Virus record (IMG/VR): IMGVR_UViG_2029527006_000005
Source of the DNA: a virus
Lineage: Duplodnaviria; Heunggongvirae; Uroviricota; Caudoviricetes
Length of the DNA: 64,000 bases
Direction: 5' to 3' (one strand)
Shown: one piece after another, positions 18,240-28,400 of the stretch
How positions within the stretch are numbered: position 1 is the first letter of the stretch
Layout of the letters: every line of letters begins with the position of its first letter
Program-made: the position numbers and the translations under genes
Notes under the pieces: model-generated
Database searches by the model: none
Told to the model about the DNA's origin: nothing
What the model saw: only the letters and a program-made list of their open reading frames with translations

Positions 18240-20060
18240 ATGGGAAAACCAATAGCAGGAAAGGATCAATATCCTTTCCAAATCAATGGCATTATTGTAG
18301 ATGGTGCTAAAATAAATGGACAAACTTTTGTAAAAGGTCTATACATTTATAAACAACGTTCATATAACTATTATGATTTAATTGATTCTGATGGAAATGT
18401 ATATGAATTCATCGAAATTACTTGGAGAAAAGAAGATACCACCGTTCTTAATTACTTCGATAACTCAGATTATATTGTTGAAAGCATAAAAGATAATTCA
18501 TTTTTTATAAAGATTCAAGATATACCAAGAAACATTTATGGTTTTATTACATTAATACAATCAAACAAAGTTAAAGTTAGTACGGGTGATTATATTTTCT
18601 ATAATGACGAAGATGACTACGCTTTGTTGTCTGTTAGATGTATCCCAGCAACAATTCAAGCAAAGAAAAACCAGCTTGTTTCTATTGATGTTTCATTCCT
18701 TCCATTGGATTTTTCAAATCAAAATGGTAGATGGGATATGGAAACTTCAAATATAGCGGAAGTTGGTAGATCTAATACCAGTACTGGTATATTTAGATGT
18801 TTAGATGTTGGTCATGCACGAGTTACTTTTAACCCTGAAGCAAATACTAAACTAGCTGCAACTGCACAGATTTTCATTACTGAGAATGAACCAACATATA
18901 CTTCATTTAGATTTATGCAAAACGTTCCAAATGGAAAATCATTGTCAAATGATAATACATTTTTCCCTGGGGATGAAGTTACATTCACTGCGATTTTTGA
19001 ACCGTTTGGTTTTGTCCCAAGTCACGAATTTGATGTAATATATGATGAAACCGTTTTTGAATATCTTGGTTCGGATGATTTTATTAATTACAAATTTAAA
19101 GTACTAGATGATACTACCTTTAGTGGTGTAAGAACACGAGTAGAATTGCGTGATGGTAACATGTATGCATTTGATCAACCAATAATCAGGTTACCAACAA
19201 CATCAATATATACTGGCGTAGAAGGTCCATATTTTGTTCGTAGTGGCGAATCATATCAATATGATATGGCATATTATAGCAAGCCAGTAGATCCTTCTTT
19301 TACTTGGGGTGTACAAAATTCAAGCTTAGGGACTATTACATCTGATGGTGTGTATTCCCCGGTCGGAACTGGTGACAACCGTGTTTATCAAAACACAAAC
19401 GGTGGGATGAACTTGAACTACAAAAATGTAAAATGTTCTCCTTATGTACCAGATCGCTATGTATATTCACCAAGTGACCGTTCTGTATATTTTGTCGGAG
19501 AGGAAATCCAACTAACGGCAGCTACCATTCCTAGTTCAGTTTCATTGATAGGTGGAAAGTGGAGAAGTAGAAATAACAATGATTATGAATATTTCTCAGT
19601 AAGTACTTCAGGTGTATTGAAAATTTTAAAAGCACCAGACCAACCAACCAAACAATTTTATGTTGGATTTGCATACAATGGTTCAAGTAATGGTGGCGGT
19701 ACAGTTACGGATACAGTTGAAGCATTGGAAAAAACATTCATGATAATGGATGTAGATTCAAATGTTCCAATCCAGAGTATTAGAATTTATAATTACGCGG
19801 GGGTAGTTAACGTACCACTAGGTGGTAAAACCTCTACACAGGTAACAGTTTCACCAGTTAATAGTACTGGTAATAAAGGGTGGACTTATGAAATGTCAGT
19901 TGCTGGTATTGTATCAATTGAGTACATTCAAGAGTATAATAACAACTTCTACTTTACACCAGTTATAATTAATGGTTTATCTCGTGGTCAAACTGATATC
20001 ACATTCACGTGTGTGCAGAATCCTGAAATAAAAGTTATACAAACCATAACTGTTTATTAA
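18240..20060 (+). CDS. Virion protein with MGKPIA N-terminal domain and Ig-like repeats
   Basis: Paralog of 16243..18162, similar at both termini (NP.IK...V.VY). Confidence 0.8.
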   Translation: MGKPIAGKDQYPFQINGIIVDGAKINGQTFVKGLYIYKQRSYNYYDLIDSDGNVYEFIEITWRKEDTTVLNYFDNSDYIVESIKDNSFFIKIQDIPRNIYGFITLIQSNKVKVSTGDYIFYNDEDDYALLSVRCIPATIQAKKNQLVSIDVSFLPLDFSNQNGRWDMETSNIAEVGRSNTSTGIFRCLDVGHARVTFNPEANTKLAATAQIFITENEPTYTSFRFMQNVPNGKSLSNDNTFFPGDEVTFTAIFEPFGFVPSHEFDVIYDETVFEYLGSDDFINYKFKVLDDTTFSGVRTRVELRDGNMYAFDQPIIRLPTTSIYTGVEGPYFVRSGESYQYDMAYYSKPVDPSFTWGVQNSSLGTITSDGVYSPVGTGDNRVYQNTNGGMNLNYKNVKCSPYVPDRYVYSPSDRSVYFVGEEIQLTAATIPSSVSLIGGKWRSRNNNDYEYFSVSTSGVLKILKAPDQPTKQFYVGFAYNGSSNGGGTVTDTVEALEKTFMIMDVDSNVPIQSIRIYNYAGVVNVPLGGKTSTQVTVSPVNSTGNKGWTYEMSVAGIVSIEYIQEYNNNFYFTPVIINGLSRGQTDITFTCVQNPEIKVIQTITVY

Positions 20061-20064
20061 ACAT

Positions 20065-20090
20065 AAAAGGAGCCATCGGCTCCTTTTTTT
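20065..20090. terminator. Bidirectional terminator between convergent genes
   Basis: AAAAGGAGCC-ATC-GGCTCCTTTTTTT. Confidence 0.8.
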
Positions 20091-20367
20091 ATTGGTAATC
20101 ATTTAGTTTCTGCATTACTAAATCAGCATCAATCTTACTTTTGTAGTACACCCTGAACAACCCAAAACGACATACATCAATGTCACCATAATTTGTTGCG
20201 TTCGTTAGGTAGTACTTATGCTTCGTTGGTTCGTAACGTACTTTAAAATTACGACGACCACGATTCAAGTCAATTGATGTTTTCCGATCTCCGATATGGA
20301 TTAGTAAGGCAACTATTAAAAAAATTAATAACAACAACCCTACCGAGCCAATTAGTGGATAGAACAT
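20089..20367 (-). CDS. Membrane-anchored hypothetical protein
   Basis: Start probably MFYPL; N-terminal TM helix. Confidence 0.6.
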   Translation of the reverse strand: MFYPLIGSVGLLLLIFLIVALLIHIGDRKTSIDLNRGRRNFKVRYEPTKHKYYLTNATNYGDIDVCRFGLFRVYYKSKIDADLVMQKLNDYQ

Positions 20368-20368
20368 A

Positions 20369-20842
20369 TTATTCCCCCAAATCAGATAGTTTGTGAACTT
20401 TAATCCCAGCATTCTTTAGTACTGAAACCGCAGCTTCAGGAGTGCGAGGGTATTCTTTTTCGTAAATTACAGTCGTGATACCACTCCCTGCAATTAACAA
20501 GGAACAAGTATAGCACGGTTGAAGAGTACTGTAAAGCGTTGCTCCAACCCTATCTTTTGGTGCACTGTAAAGTAATGCATTCATCTCAGCATGGATTTCA
20601 TGGTGCATAGACCACTCGTGGTGCTCGTGTTTCGCTTCCTCAGAGACCCAATTTTGAAGCTCACCATTATGTACTAAATGGGAGTTATGGTCACAGCAGT
20701 TCACCTGCTTCGCTGGAGTGCCATTGTAGCCAGTACTCACGATGCGATCATTTTGTACAATAACCGCACCCACATGATGAGAGATACATTTACTCTCATC
20801 AGCTACGTCTTTAGCGATCTTCATCCAAGTTGAGTGTTTCAT
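20369..20842 (-). CDS. cd: dCMP deaminase
   Basis: VGAVIV, TGYNGTP, HAEMNAL, PCxxC. Confidence 0.93.
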   Translation of the reverse strand: MKHSTWMKIAKDVADESKCISHHVGAVIVQNDRIVSTGYNGTPAKQVNCCDHNSHLVHNGELQNWVSEEAKHEHHEWSMHHEIHAEMNALLYSAPKDRVGATLYSTLQPCYTCSLLIAGSGITTVIYEKEYPRTPEAAVSVLKNAGIKVHKLSDLGE

Positions 20843-21308
20843 CGTATACGCCTCCTTCTACTAGAATTTCTTTCAATTCTTCATGCCATACGAATAGATT
20901 TTGATACATTTCCAAATCACCTTCTTGGATCTGGAAAGGTTGTGATGCGTAACGCTCCCACTTGTCTTTTAAACGCTGTAGTACAGCATCACGCTTATCA
21001 CGATACACAAAACGCGTAACACGCATGTAATAACATAACTTGTCTGGAATTGGATCTACTTTTCCAATCTTACCAAATATTGCATAGGACTCATGATAGT
21101 AACCATCCCATCCAATACGCAAATCTTCAAACGCCGCTCCACCATGCCATAGTTTACCAAAGAAACCATAACGTTCATTGTACTGAGTCTCGCGGTTATC
21201 ATATACACTGTTATGATATTTTTTAACAGCAGTGCGGAGTGTAAGAAGTTTGTTTAGATTCTTGATCCAAATTGCTGTTTGTTTTGGTGTTAAAGTAGCT
21301 AGAATCAT
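20811..21308 (-). CDS. Hypothetical protein, triplet family member
   Basis: C-terminal ERYAxxP motif shared with the next two ORFs. Confidence 0.7.
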   Translation of the reverse strand: MILATLTPKQTAIWIKNLNKLLTLRTAVKKYHNSVYDNRETQYNERYGFFGKLWHGGAAFEDLRIGWDGYYHESYAIFGKIGKVDPIPDKLCYYMRVTRFVYRDKRDAVLQRLKDKWERYASQPFQIQEGDLEMYQNLFVWHEELKEILVEGGVYDETLNLDEDR

Positions 21309-21832
21309 TTCTTATCTCCAAGAATATAACTGTAATAATACAATTTAGTACTTAGACCTTCTAACTCATCCAACCATTCCTGATCGATAGTATAAGGTAC
21401 TTGCATGTAATTTTCCATTTTGTGGATCATATCAGTCCATACCTCGTATTCACGATATGCACACATAGAAGCCATACATGCTGCACTAACCATATTCACT
21501 TCACCCAAAATATCTAAATAAGAATTTTTGGTTAGTTTTGCAATGGTTTTAGGGCGTAGATTGGCTGACCAACCATCTTTATTGGAAATCGTTTTACGAT
21601 TACTACTTTCAATATTAACAACAATTCCTTTAGTAAGAGTAATCTTCTTACCAAACTTCTCAATGCTCATTGGTTTAAAACCGAAGATGCTATGATGGTT
21701 GTTTACGTAATCATCATACCAACCCAAAAATGCAGTCACTGCACTTTGTTGTACGCGGTTGATGATATCTACTGCATCTTTTAGATCGTTATAGAATTTA
21801 GTACTTTGTTCTTCAGTTAGATTGTATTGCAT
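21305..21832 (-). CDS. Hypothetical protein, triplet family member
   Basis: Start MQYNLT; ENYMQVP motif. Confidence 0.7.
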   Translation of the reverse strand: MQYNLTEEQSTKFYNDLKDAVDIINRVQQSAVTAFLGWYDDYVNNHHSIFGFKPMSIEKFGKKITLTKGIVVNIESSNRKTISNKDGWSANLRPKTIAKLTKNSYLDILGEVNMVSAACMASMCAYREYEVWTDMIHKMENYMQVPYTIDQEWLDELEGLSTKLYYYSYILGDKK

Positions 21833-22346
21833 CGTTAAATTTATCCCATTCGTTTTCAAGGTAATCCAAACGTTCACGTAGATTACGGATTAGTTTAATG
21901 TCTTCAGGACTGAATTCTACAGGATTTTCTGCATATTCTTCTAGAAGAATTTGGAAATCAATAAACTTTTCATGATTCTGTGTACCTACCCAACAGGCCG
22001 CCCACACTAAATCTTGAAAATGTTTTTGAGTAAATGCATAATCAAAATCTGCATCAGGGAACCAAGCTGATAAGTACTTATCCAATCCGGTTTTTCTTTT
22101 TAAGAATTCATCATCAAGTTCACGCCATTGACCACCGCAAATTTTATGAACCATGCGATCATAGTCTTTAATGCGTATATCAAATGGACGTAGTAAACTC
22201 CACCTAAAATCACGGACATGATCACGATGGGCTTCTTCCATTTTGGTTGCAGCACAATTAGTAATAGTACCGCATAACACCCAATAACGATTAAAATCTT
22301 TCAGTACATTAATAGTTTCATCATCTGTAAATTTACGTAATTTCAT
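21813..22346 (-). CDS. Hypothetical protein, triplet family member
   Basis: GAGGTG RBS; EEYAENP motif. Confidence 0.7.
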   Translation of the reverse strand: MKLRKFTDDETINVLKDFNRYWVLCGTITNCAATKMEEAHRDHVRDFRWSLLRPFDIRIKDYDRMVHKICGGQWRELDDEFLKRKTGLDKYLSAWFPDADFDYAFTQKHFQDLVWAACWVGTQNHEKFIDFQILLEEYAENPVEFSPEDIKLIRNLRERLDYLENEWDKFNDAIQSN

Positions 22347-22361
22347 AATTCACCTCGATAA

Positions 22362-22382
22362 AAGGCCGCTTTATGGCGGCCT
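22362..22382 (-). terminator. Rho-independent terminator
   Basis: AGGCCGC/GCGGCCT stem plus TTTT. Confidence 0.75.
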
Positions 22383-22389
22383 ATTTCAA

Positions 22390-22830
22390 TTATTTTGGAG
22401 AGTAATCGTATTGCTTTAGATCACGCTCATCTAGGATACCTTCGTCATAACCATACTGTAGCATGATATCGAAAGCGGTGTCAACCTTTTTTAGTACATC
22501 ACTGTAACGAGTCACGTCAGCACAATTCTTTTCTACTTCACGAATGAGTAGATTTAATAGAGGTTGCATGTGATCTGCGTGTAGCTTATTCATGCGTGGG
22601 CGACGTGTCGCAGCTAGAATGTCATTCCATGTTGGTACGAAGTTCGCAGAACGACGAGGAATGTCATAAAGGGTGGTTGGGAACGTACCAGTACTCTTCT
22701 TCGCTGCTTCTTCTTGTGCACTGCGATAACCGCTACGGAATAGTGGACTACGTTGTTTTAGTAGATCCATATCCATTGTGCCGTTTTGTTTGAAGTACTG
22801 ATAACCTTCGTTGTATTGTTGATTACTCAT
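22390..22830 (-). CDS. Hypothetical protein
   Basis: Start probably MSNQQY. Confidence 0.7.
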   Translation of the reverse strand: MSNQQYNEGYQYFKQNGTMDMDLLKQRSPLFRSGYRSAQEEAAKKSTGTFPTTLYDIPRRSANFVPTWNDILAATRRPRMNKLHADHMQPLLNLLIREVEKNCADVTRYSDVLKKVDTAFDIMLQYGYDEGILDERDLKQYDYSPK

Positions 22831-23119
22831 CGTCTTGCTCCTTGATTGCCTTTTTATCGACAAACGTTCCTTCAGTAGAACTTAGTTGTTTTAGTGTATT
22901 GAATAGTTCCAATGGGTCAATGTTCTTATGGATTAGAATTGCTTTCATCAATTCCATAATATCACTCATACCTTCTAGTAATTCACCTGTTTCTTTACTG
23001 AAGGATAAATCAAGACTGATTTGAGAGATTTGGTCGAACGCCAATGTTTCAAATTCTGAAGTACTGACTACTTCTGCATCACTAGGGGCGGTTAAGCCCC
23101 GGACTAGTGTTTTAGACAT
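22823..23119 (-). CDS. Degenerate all-alpha NTP-pyrophosphohydrolase (MazG/PRA-PH-like)
   Basis: KTLVR N-terminus, EGMSDIMEL and EGTF C-terminus resemble the family KLVRD...EELADLLE...RGGF. Confidence 0.4.
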   Translation of the reverse strand: MSKTLVRGLTAPSDAEVVSTSEFETLAFDQISQISLDLSFSKETGELLEGMSDIMELMKAILIHKNIDPLELFNTLKQLSSTEGTFVDKKAIKEQDDE

Positions 23120-23796
23120 TAAATCCACTCCTGCACACCACCACGGCGTACTACTAATAGTTTACCATCTTCGTTACGCTCACCCATTAGGATACCATCG
23201 ATGAAGCCTTTTGTGCCGTAGTTTAGTGCTTGTTCAGCAGTCATCCACATATCACGGATGGTATCTTGCTTGTACTGCTCGTAGGTAACACCAACAGCTT
23301 CAGCAATTTCACGAGCTAGCATTTCATCTAGTAGCTCACTGTGAGCTAGAGAGATTTTCTGGTCAGCTAGTGTACCTTGAGTACCGGAAGATACTTGGTG
23401 TGCCATGATTTGAGCACGTTTCCCCGCTAGACGTAGGCCCGGTGTACCCATAGTTGATTGCATGTAACAACCCATTGATGCAGCCATACCTAGTACAACT
23501 GTGCGGATTGGTGAAGTCATGCAAGAAACGATATCAGCGATACCTAGACCTGCGTGTACTGAACCACCCGGTGAAGTAATGTAAATGGTAATTGGTTCAT
23601 TACTTTGTGAATCCATCCAGTGCAAGGATTGCTTGACGATGTGAGCCATGTTGTCATCAAAACCAGCATCAAGGAAAACAACACGGTCTACAAGTAGGCG
23701 TGAACCTAGATCATAAGCACGTTCGCTACCATTGGATTTCTCAATTACCATTGGCACGGATAGGTTAGAAGGGCTAGTGTTTGTATTCATGTTCAT
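23119..23796 (-). CDS. clpP: ClpP protease proteolytic subunit
   Basis: YITSPGGSV, GMAASMG (Ser), IMAHQ (His), RDMWMTAEQA (Asp). Confidence 0.93.
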   Translation of the reverse strand: MNMNTNTSPSNLSVPMVIEKSNGSERAYDLGSRLLVDRVVFLDAGFDDNMAHIVKQSLHWMDSQSNEPITIYITSPGGSVHAGLGIADIVSCMTSPIRTVVLGMAASMGCYMQSTMGTPGLRLAGKRAQIMAHQVSSGTQGTLADQKISLAHSELLDEMLAREIAEAVGVTYEQYKQDTIRDMWMTAEQALNYGTKGFIDGILMGERNEDGKLLVVRRGGVQEWI

Positions 23797-23810
23797 ATTG
23801 TTTCCTCTAG

Positions 23811-24602
23811 TTATACTTCAAAAATAAATTTAGGACTGTAATCAAAATTCTCACTCGCTCCACTAAATGATTCATAACCACGTGGATTGCAAATGATTCT
23901 GGTCTTACCAATGTTATAATCAAAACTACTATGCACGTGACCATGAATCCATACGTCAACGCCTAGTTCTTCAATGTACTGATCCATATCTGAACAATAA
24001 CAACCATTCAGTGAATCGTTTTTGTACTTAGTTGATACACTCTGATAACTTGGTGCGTGATGTGTCACCACCACAATCTTGATATCATTATGCACCAAAT
24101 CACGCTCTGTGTCAACGATCATTTTAATGTATTTTTTGGACTTATGATGCATGAACTCAACATCTTCAACAGTGAGCTTTGTTTTCCACGGCTCATTTAC
24201 TGGTCCATGACGGATGTGTTTGTAATCGTTCATCTTCATACGTGCATCAAACTTCACCAACGGATCACCCTTGTTGAAATCTGTCCACAAAGTACTACCA
24301 ACGATTAGTACATCATCAATCCAACAGTAATTGTCCTGCATAAAGATGAAATTAGAAATCTCATCATCCATCTGCTGGAGTACTTTATGCGTCTTGTGAA
24401 TGTTAGAACCATAGTACTCGTGATTACCCGGTACGAGTACTACATTCTTGAATTGTTTGCATAGTGCTTCGATACCAGTACGGTAACGACTACGCTTGGT
24501 TTCATCATAATCACCTGCAATGATGAGTATAGTATCGCTGTAATCATCATCATGGAGATAACCAATTCCACCATGTATGTCCGAAAAGACAACAAATTTC
24601 AT
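23811..24602 (-). CDS. Calcineurin-like metallophosphoesterase
   Basis: SDIH, AGD, GNHEYY, THHAP, WIHGHVH, CNPRGY. Confidence 0.9.
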   Translation of the reverse strand: MKFVVFSDIHGGIGYLHDDDYSDTILIIAGDYDETKRSRYRTGIEALCKQFKNVVLVPGNHEYYGSNIHKTHKVLQQMDDEISNFIFMQDNYCWIDDVLIVGSTLWTDFNKGDPLVKFDARMKMNDYKHIRHGPVNEPWKTKLTVEDVEFMHHKSKKYIKMIVDTERDLVHNDIKIVVVTHHAPSYQSVSTKYKNDSLNGCYCSDMDQYIEELGVDVWIHGHVHSSFDYNIGKTRIICNPRGYESFSGASENFDYSPKFIFEV

Positions 24603-24613
24603 TTCTCTATCTC

Positions 24614-25039
24614 CTAACTGGTCAATGCCGCTAAGTATAACTCAGGATGCTCTATGTTGTCAATCTTGAATTTAAAGAATTTCTTATCCCTCAAAATATT
24701 AGGGTTTCTCTGGTTGATTAGATAGTTGGTAAGTAAATCTTCTTTACCAATTGAATCATTCATGTAAAGAATTTCAGTACTGGTAGTTATTTTATCAAAT
24801 GGTATTGTTTGTTTGTGTCCAGAACCAATATATCTATTCTTCCGTACTTCATACGTACCATCTTCAATATTATATTCTAGTACTTGATTTGCCAAATATA
24901 ACAATTTGGTATAACCACTAACAATAGGTACACCATAACGGTCAACCCGTTCTGGTGTTTTAAAAACAATAGCCAATTCACCTTTACCACCGTCTACACG
25001 GTGGTGTTCTGAAAATGTCATTATCATGAATGAGTTCAT
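24614..25039 (-). CDS. Hypothetical protein
   Basis: ORF in the operon. Confidence 0.65.
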   Translation of the reverse strand: MNSFMIMTFSEHHRVDGGKGELAIVFKTPERVDRYGVPIVSGYTKLLYLANQVLEYNIEDGTYEVRKNRYIGSGHKQTIPFDKITTSTEILYMNDSIGKEDLLTNYLINQRNPNILRDKKFFKFKIDNIEHPELYLAALTS

Positions 25040-25040
25040 T

Positions 25041-26483
25041 TTACTTTTTACCTTTTAAAGCCTTAGTAATAGTTTCGCTAAAGACTTTAACTGCACTGGA
25101 ACGAATTTCCACAATACGTTCATGTGTATCACAAGTATCTTTATCAAAACGGAATTCAACAAATACAGGTAGGAACACTTTAGGAATCTGAGTCTTCTTA
25201 TCTTTGGTTAACTCGTTGCACTCAACAGTAACAACTTTACCTAATAGCTCATCCTTCTTATCCCAAATACTTTGGAATGTCCACTCGTGTCCTTTCTCTT
25301 TAATACCAGTACCGCAGTTTGTGGTCAAAATACCATCTTCGGATTCTAGTACTAATGAACCTAGCATACCAGTACGTTTACCTTCTCCGGGAAGGAAACC
25401 AACAATACGTAGATCCATTTGCATCTTGAGTTTCATTTTTAATTGCTTAGGTGAGGTATGAGACTTCCAAATACCACCTTCACATTTAAGTACTGAACCT
25501 TCTTCACCACGTTCCATTAGCTCAGTATTATAAGCAAATGCATCTTCAATGCTTAGAACAGTTTCGTACTCAACCATACGAACAAACTCAGAGTCAACTT
25601 CATAGATTGCATTTTCTAGAATGTTACGACGCTCACGGCGGTTAACGTCCCAAATTCCTTCACAGAACGCATCGTAAGGCAATACATCCCATAAAACGAA
25701 CACAACCCGCATAGCTTCTGCCATCGTCATAGTGCCTTTCCCAGCCTTCTGGATGATGCCATTGCCAGTTTCACGAGGTTGGATATTACCTTGATCATCC
25801 ATCATCAAGCATTCACCGTTAAAGACTACCCCACTTTTAAAGCGTGGGTCATTACGGGAAATAGCGTCTGCTAGTTTTGCCATTTCTTCATCACGGCTTC
25901 CTAAGAAGTCATATAGTTTACCATTACGGGAAGTACAAGTCAAAGAAGAATTGATGACGGTATGGTTTAAGTACTGACCATCCATCTTCACTTCTGATAC
26001 TGCACAACCGTAAGTATCGAACTCAATATTACGAACAGTTTTGGTATCAATTAGAGAACAACGCATATATGGCTCATCTTTAATAAAGCCTTTACCAAAT
26101 ACATCGTTAGTAATTTTATCGCTTGCACCGCAACCTAAATCTTTTGTTAGTACACGTCGAAGTACTTCAGCATCATCATCTGATACAGAACCAAATAGAT
26201 TAGCAATGTAATCTCTGCCTGTGTGACCAGTTAGCTTACGAGAGTAGATTGCATCTAGTTTCTCTAGTGCCTCTCCCAATTCCATTCGTTCGCAATAGTT
26301 ATGCAAAGGTGCGGGTAGCTTCTTATATCCACTAACAATTCCGGGATCAAGTGCTAGTTTAAGTACACGCTTGAGTACTGGATTATCTTTATTCTCTTCT
26401 AGGATACGTTTCTTAGCAAGAATACTCGCGTCGTTTTTAATTTCTGTTAGAATTGATAGAATGTCTTTCATTTTATCCTCCAT
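25041..26483 (-). CDS. ATP-dependent DNA ligase, T4 gp30-like
   Basis: EVKMDG adenylation motif, SRNGK, FNGE, EGSVLK, OB-fold with FLPVF..FRFDK. Confidence 0.92.
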   Translation of the reverse strand: MEDKMKDILSILTEIKNDASILAKKRILEENKDNPVLKRVLKLALDPGIVSGYKKLPAPLHNYCERMELGEALEKLDAIYSRKLTGHTGRDYIANLFGSVSDDDAEVLRRVLTKDLGCGASDKITNDVFGKGFIKDEPYMRCSLIDTKTVRNIEFDTYGCAVSEVKMDGQYLNHTVINSSLTCTSRNGKLYDFLGSRDEEMAKLADAISRNDPRFKSGVVFNGECLMMDDQGNIQPRETGNGIIQKAGKGTMTMAEAMRVVFVLWDVLPYDAFCEGIWDVNRRERRNILENAIYEVDSEFVRMVEYETVLSIEDAFAYNTELMERGEEGSVLKCEGGIWKSHTSPKQLKMKLKMQMDLRIVGFLPGEGKRTGMLGSLVLESEDGILTTNCGTGIKEKGHEWTFQSIWDKKDELLGKVVTVECNELTKDKKTQIPKVFLPVFVEFRFDKDTCDTHERIVEIRSSAVKVFSETITKALKGKK

Positions 26484-26495
26484 GAATGGGAAGTA

Positions 26496-27695
26496 TTACT
26501 TCCCAATTTTTAGTTTACCGAACATTACTTTTTCTGGCATTGCCATAAAGACTAGCTTATAGTGCTGGTCGGAATAATTACTGAATCCAGCAAATGGTGT
26601 TTCGGCTCTCCAACCACTAAAGCGTTTGTGTAAATCTAAGTTTACTTCAGGCATTAGCAATTGTCCATTCTCTAGAATTTCTGCATCATATGCGAAGAGA
26701 TATTTAGCTGTGCGGAATTTTTCAGTTTGTGATTTATTACCACTAGTGTAATAACCAGTATTATCATCTGCTGCACCAAGTACTCTCATAATTTTACCAC
26801 GATACTCAGTATAAACAAAGAACGGGTTGATATCACGTGTTAGTACTTTAGGATCAATTTCTTCGTACTCAACAGTACAATCTTTTAGCTTGAATGGTTT
26901 ATCGTCACCAATAGCTACTAGATCATAAGAATCATTCATAATATCAAACTGACCTGCTGGCATGTGTTTGTTGAAATTCATATATTGAAGTTCAACTTGA
27001 TGAATTACATCTTTACGGTCAATAGGCTGATGGCCCACAACATTGATATTATAATACGAGTCTACAATCTTTGTACGAATGAAGTACTTACCAGTATTAG
27101 TATTAAGAACAACTTCTTTCTTAGAACTCTTCTCTGGAATGCATAGTTCTTTATTCTTATTCATAACTAGTACATGATACTTTCCACAGTACTGGTATAG
27201 ATCGTTTTTTGAGCTATCAGTACGGAATAGATCACCTTCTTTAATTTCAGAAAGGAGGTTCTTCTTCTCTTCGGCTTTCTCTTCTTTCTTGATTAGATCG
27301 GCAAAGAGTTTAGTCTTAGTACTTACTAGTTTGCGAGTCTCAGTGAAGAATAGTTCTTCTTGAATAGCACCTTCAATAATTGTACTTGTTTCAATCAAGT
27401 CCATGAAGTTATCAGACGTGATTTCAAACTCGAAACCTTCTGGGTGACGTACACGCCAAACAACGTTTGAAGTACTGTAACGAGATACGTTAGTAACCAT
27501 TTGGAAGCCAGTTTGTGGTGTATTCTCTACGTAGATTTTAGGTAGACGATTGTCGCCCCAACGATCAGCAGTTTCTTTCTTCTTCTGGAATGCTTTAGTA
27601 TGTTCTGCATCAGCAACAACCATAAAGCCTAAAATCTCTTCAGTACTGCGATAACAACGGGATACATAAAACTTCTTAGGAATACTCATTTCCAC
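26496..27695 (-). CDS. Phage hypothetical protein
   Basis: 399-aa ORF; N-terminal HPEGFEFEITSDN segment. Confidence 0.8.
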   Translation of the reverse strand: MEMSIPKKFYVSRCYRSTEEILGFMVVADAEHTKAFQKKKETADRWGDNRLPKIYVENTPQTGFQMVTNVSRYSTSNVVWRVRHPEGFEFEITSDNFMDLIETSTIIEGAIQEELFFTETRKLVSTKTKLFADLIKKEEKAEEKKNLLSEIKEGDLFRTDSSKNDLYQYCGKYHVLVMNKNKELCIPEKSSKKEVVLNTNTGKYFIRTKIVDSYYNINVVGHQPIDRKDVIHQVELQYMNFNKHMPAGQFDIMNDSYDLVAIGDDKPFKLKDCTVEYEEIDPKVLTRDINPFFVYTEYRGKIMRVLGAADDNTGYYTSGNKSQTEKFRTAKYLFAYDAEILENGQLLMPEVNLDLHKRFSGWRAETPFAGFSNYSDQHYKLVFMAMPEKVMFGKLKIGK

Positions 27696-27913
27696 ACCTC
27701 TTCTTTTTCTTGCCAGCCTTTTTGATTACAATCAATACAAGGTTCCATATAACGCATATCATTACTCAATACACGTCCAGTACCTTTGCACACAGGACAT
27801 TCCCGGCGTGTTCCATTAAGGATACGCTCATGGTGGTTAGCTTCATTTGGATTATCAAATACCTCACCATCTTCAGTTTGGTATTTGATTACAGTTACTT
27901 TTATTTCTTTCAT
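27686..27913 (-). CDS. Small DnaJ-type zinc-finger protein
   Basis: CPVCKGTG and CIDCNQKG. Confidence 0.7.
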   Translation of the reverse strand: MKEIKVTVIKYQTEDGEVFDNPNEANHHERILNGTRRECPVCKGTGRVLSNDMRYMEPCIDCNQKGWQEKEEVWK

Positions 27914-28398
27914 TACACAAGACTCATGAATGTCATTCTTAGTAAAATATTACCTAGTACTTCACCATAAGTTTCCATGAATTCATCATCACCTAAAAGA
28001 CCACGACGAAGTTGTTCCATATCTTCTACCATCTTTGTCGTACAAAGTACTGCGATGCTAGTGATAGTGTTATTAAGTCCGGGTTCTTTGAATTCAGCAA
28101 AAGGTACAATTGGATATTTTTGTTGGTACAATTGATCTTTCATGCGATTGATAGATACATCACTCTGTAACTTATCTAGGGTTTCTGTTAGTTCGGCTAA
28201 ACCATCATGTGCCATCCCACTTTTTAGCATAATTACAGTTTTATGCTCAGTGGCCCAATCTAGTACTTGCTCTGATAGTTCAGGAAAGTCTCTGTCATCT
28301 GAAGTGTACTTTACAACTAGTTCAACTGCTGAGTGAACACCTTGAATTCCCGGATGATTACCACCACAGTACATATTTGTTAGTAGATATAGTTTCAT
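27913..28398 (-). CDS. Pth2-like peptidyl-tRNA hydrolase
   Basis: GIQGVHSAV, WxxEHKTVIML, FKEPGLNNTITSIA. Confidence 0.65.
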   Translation of the reverse strand: MKLYLLTNMYCGGNHPGIQGVHSAVELVVKYTSDDRDFPELSEQVLDWATEHKTVIMLKSGMAHDGLAELTETLDKLQSDVSINRMKDQLYQQKYPIVPFAEFKEPGLNNTITSIAVLCTTKMVEDMEQLRRGLLGDDEFMETYGEVLGNILLRMTFMSLV

Positions 28399-28400
28399 TA

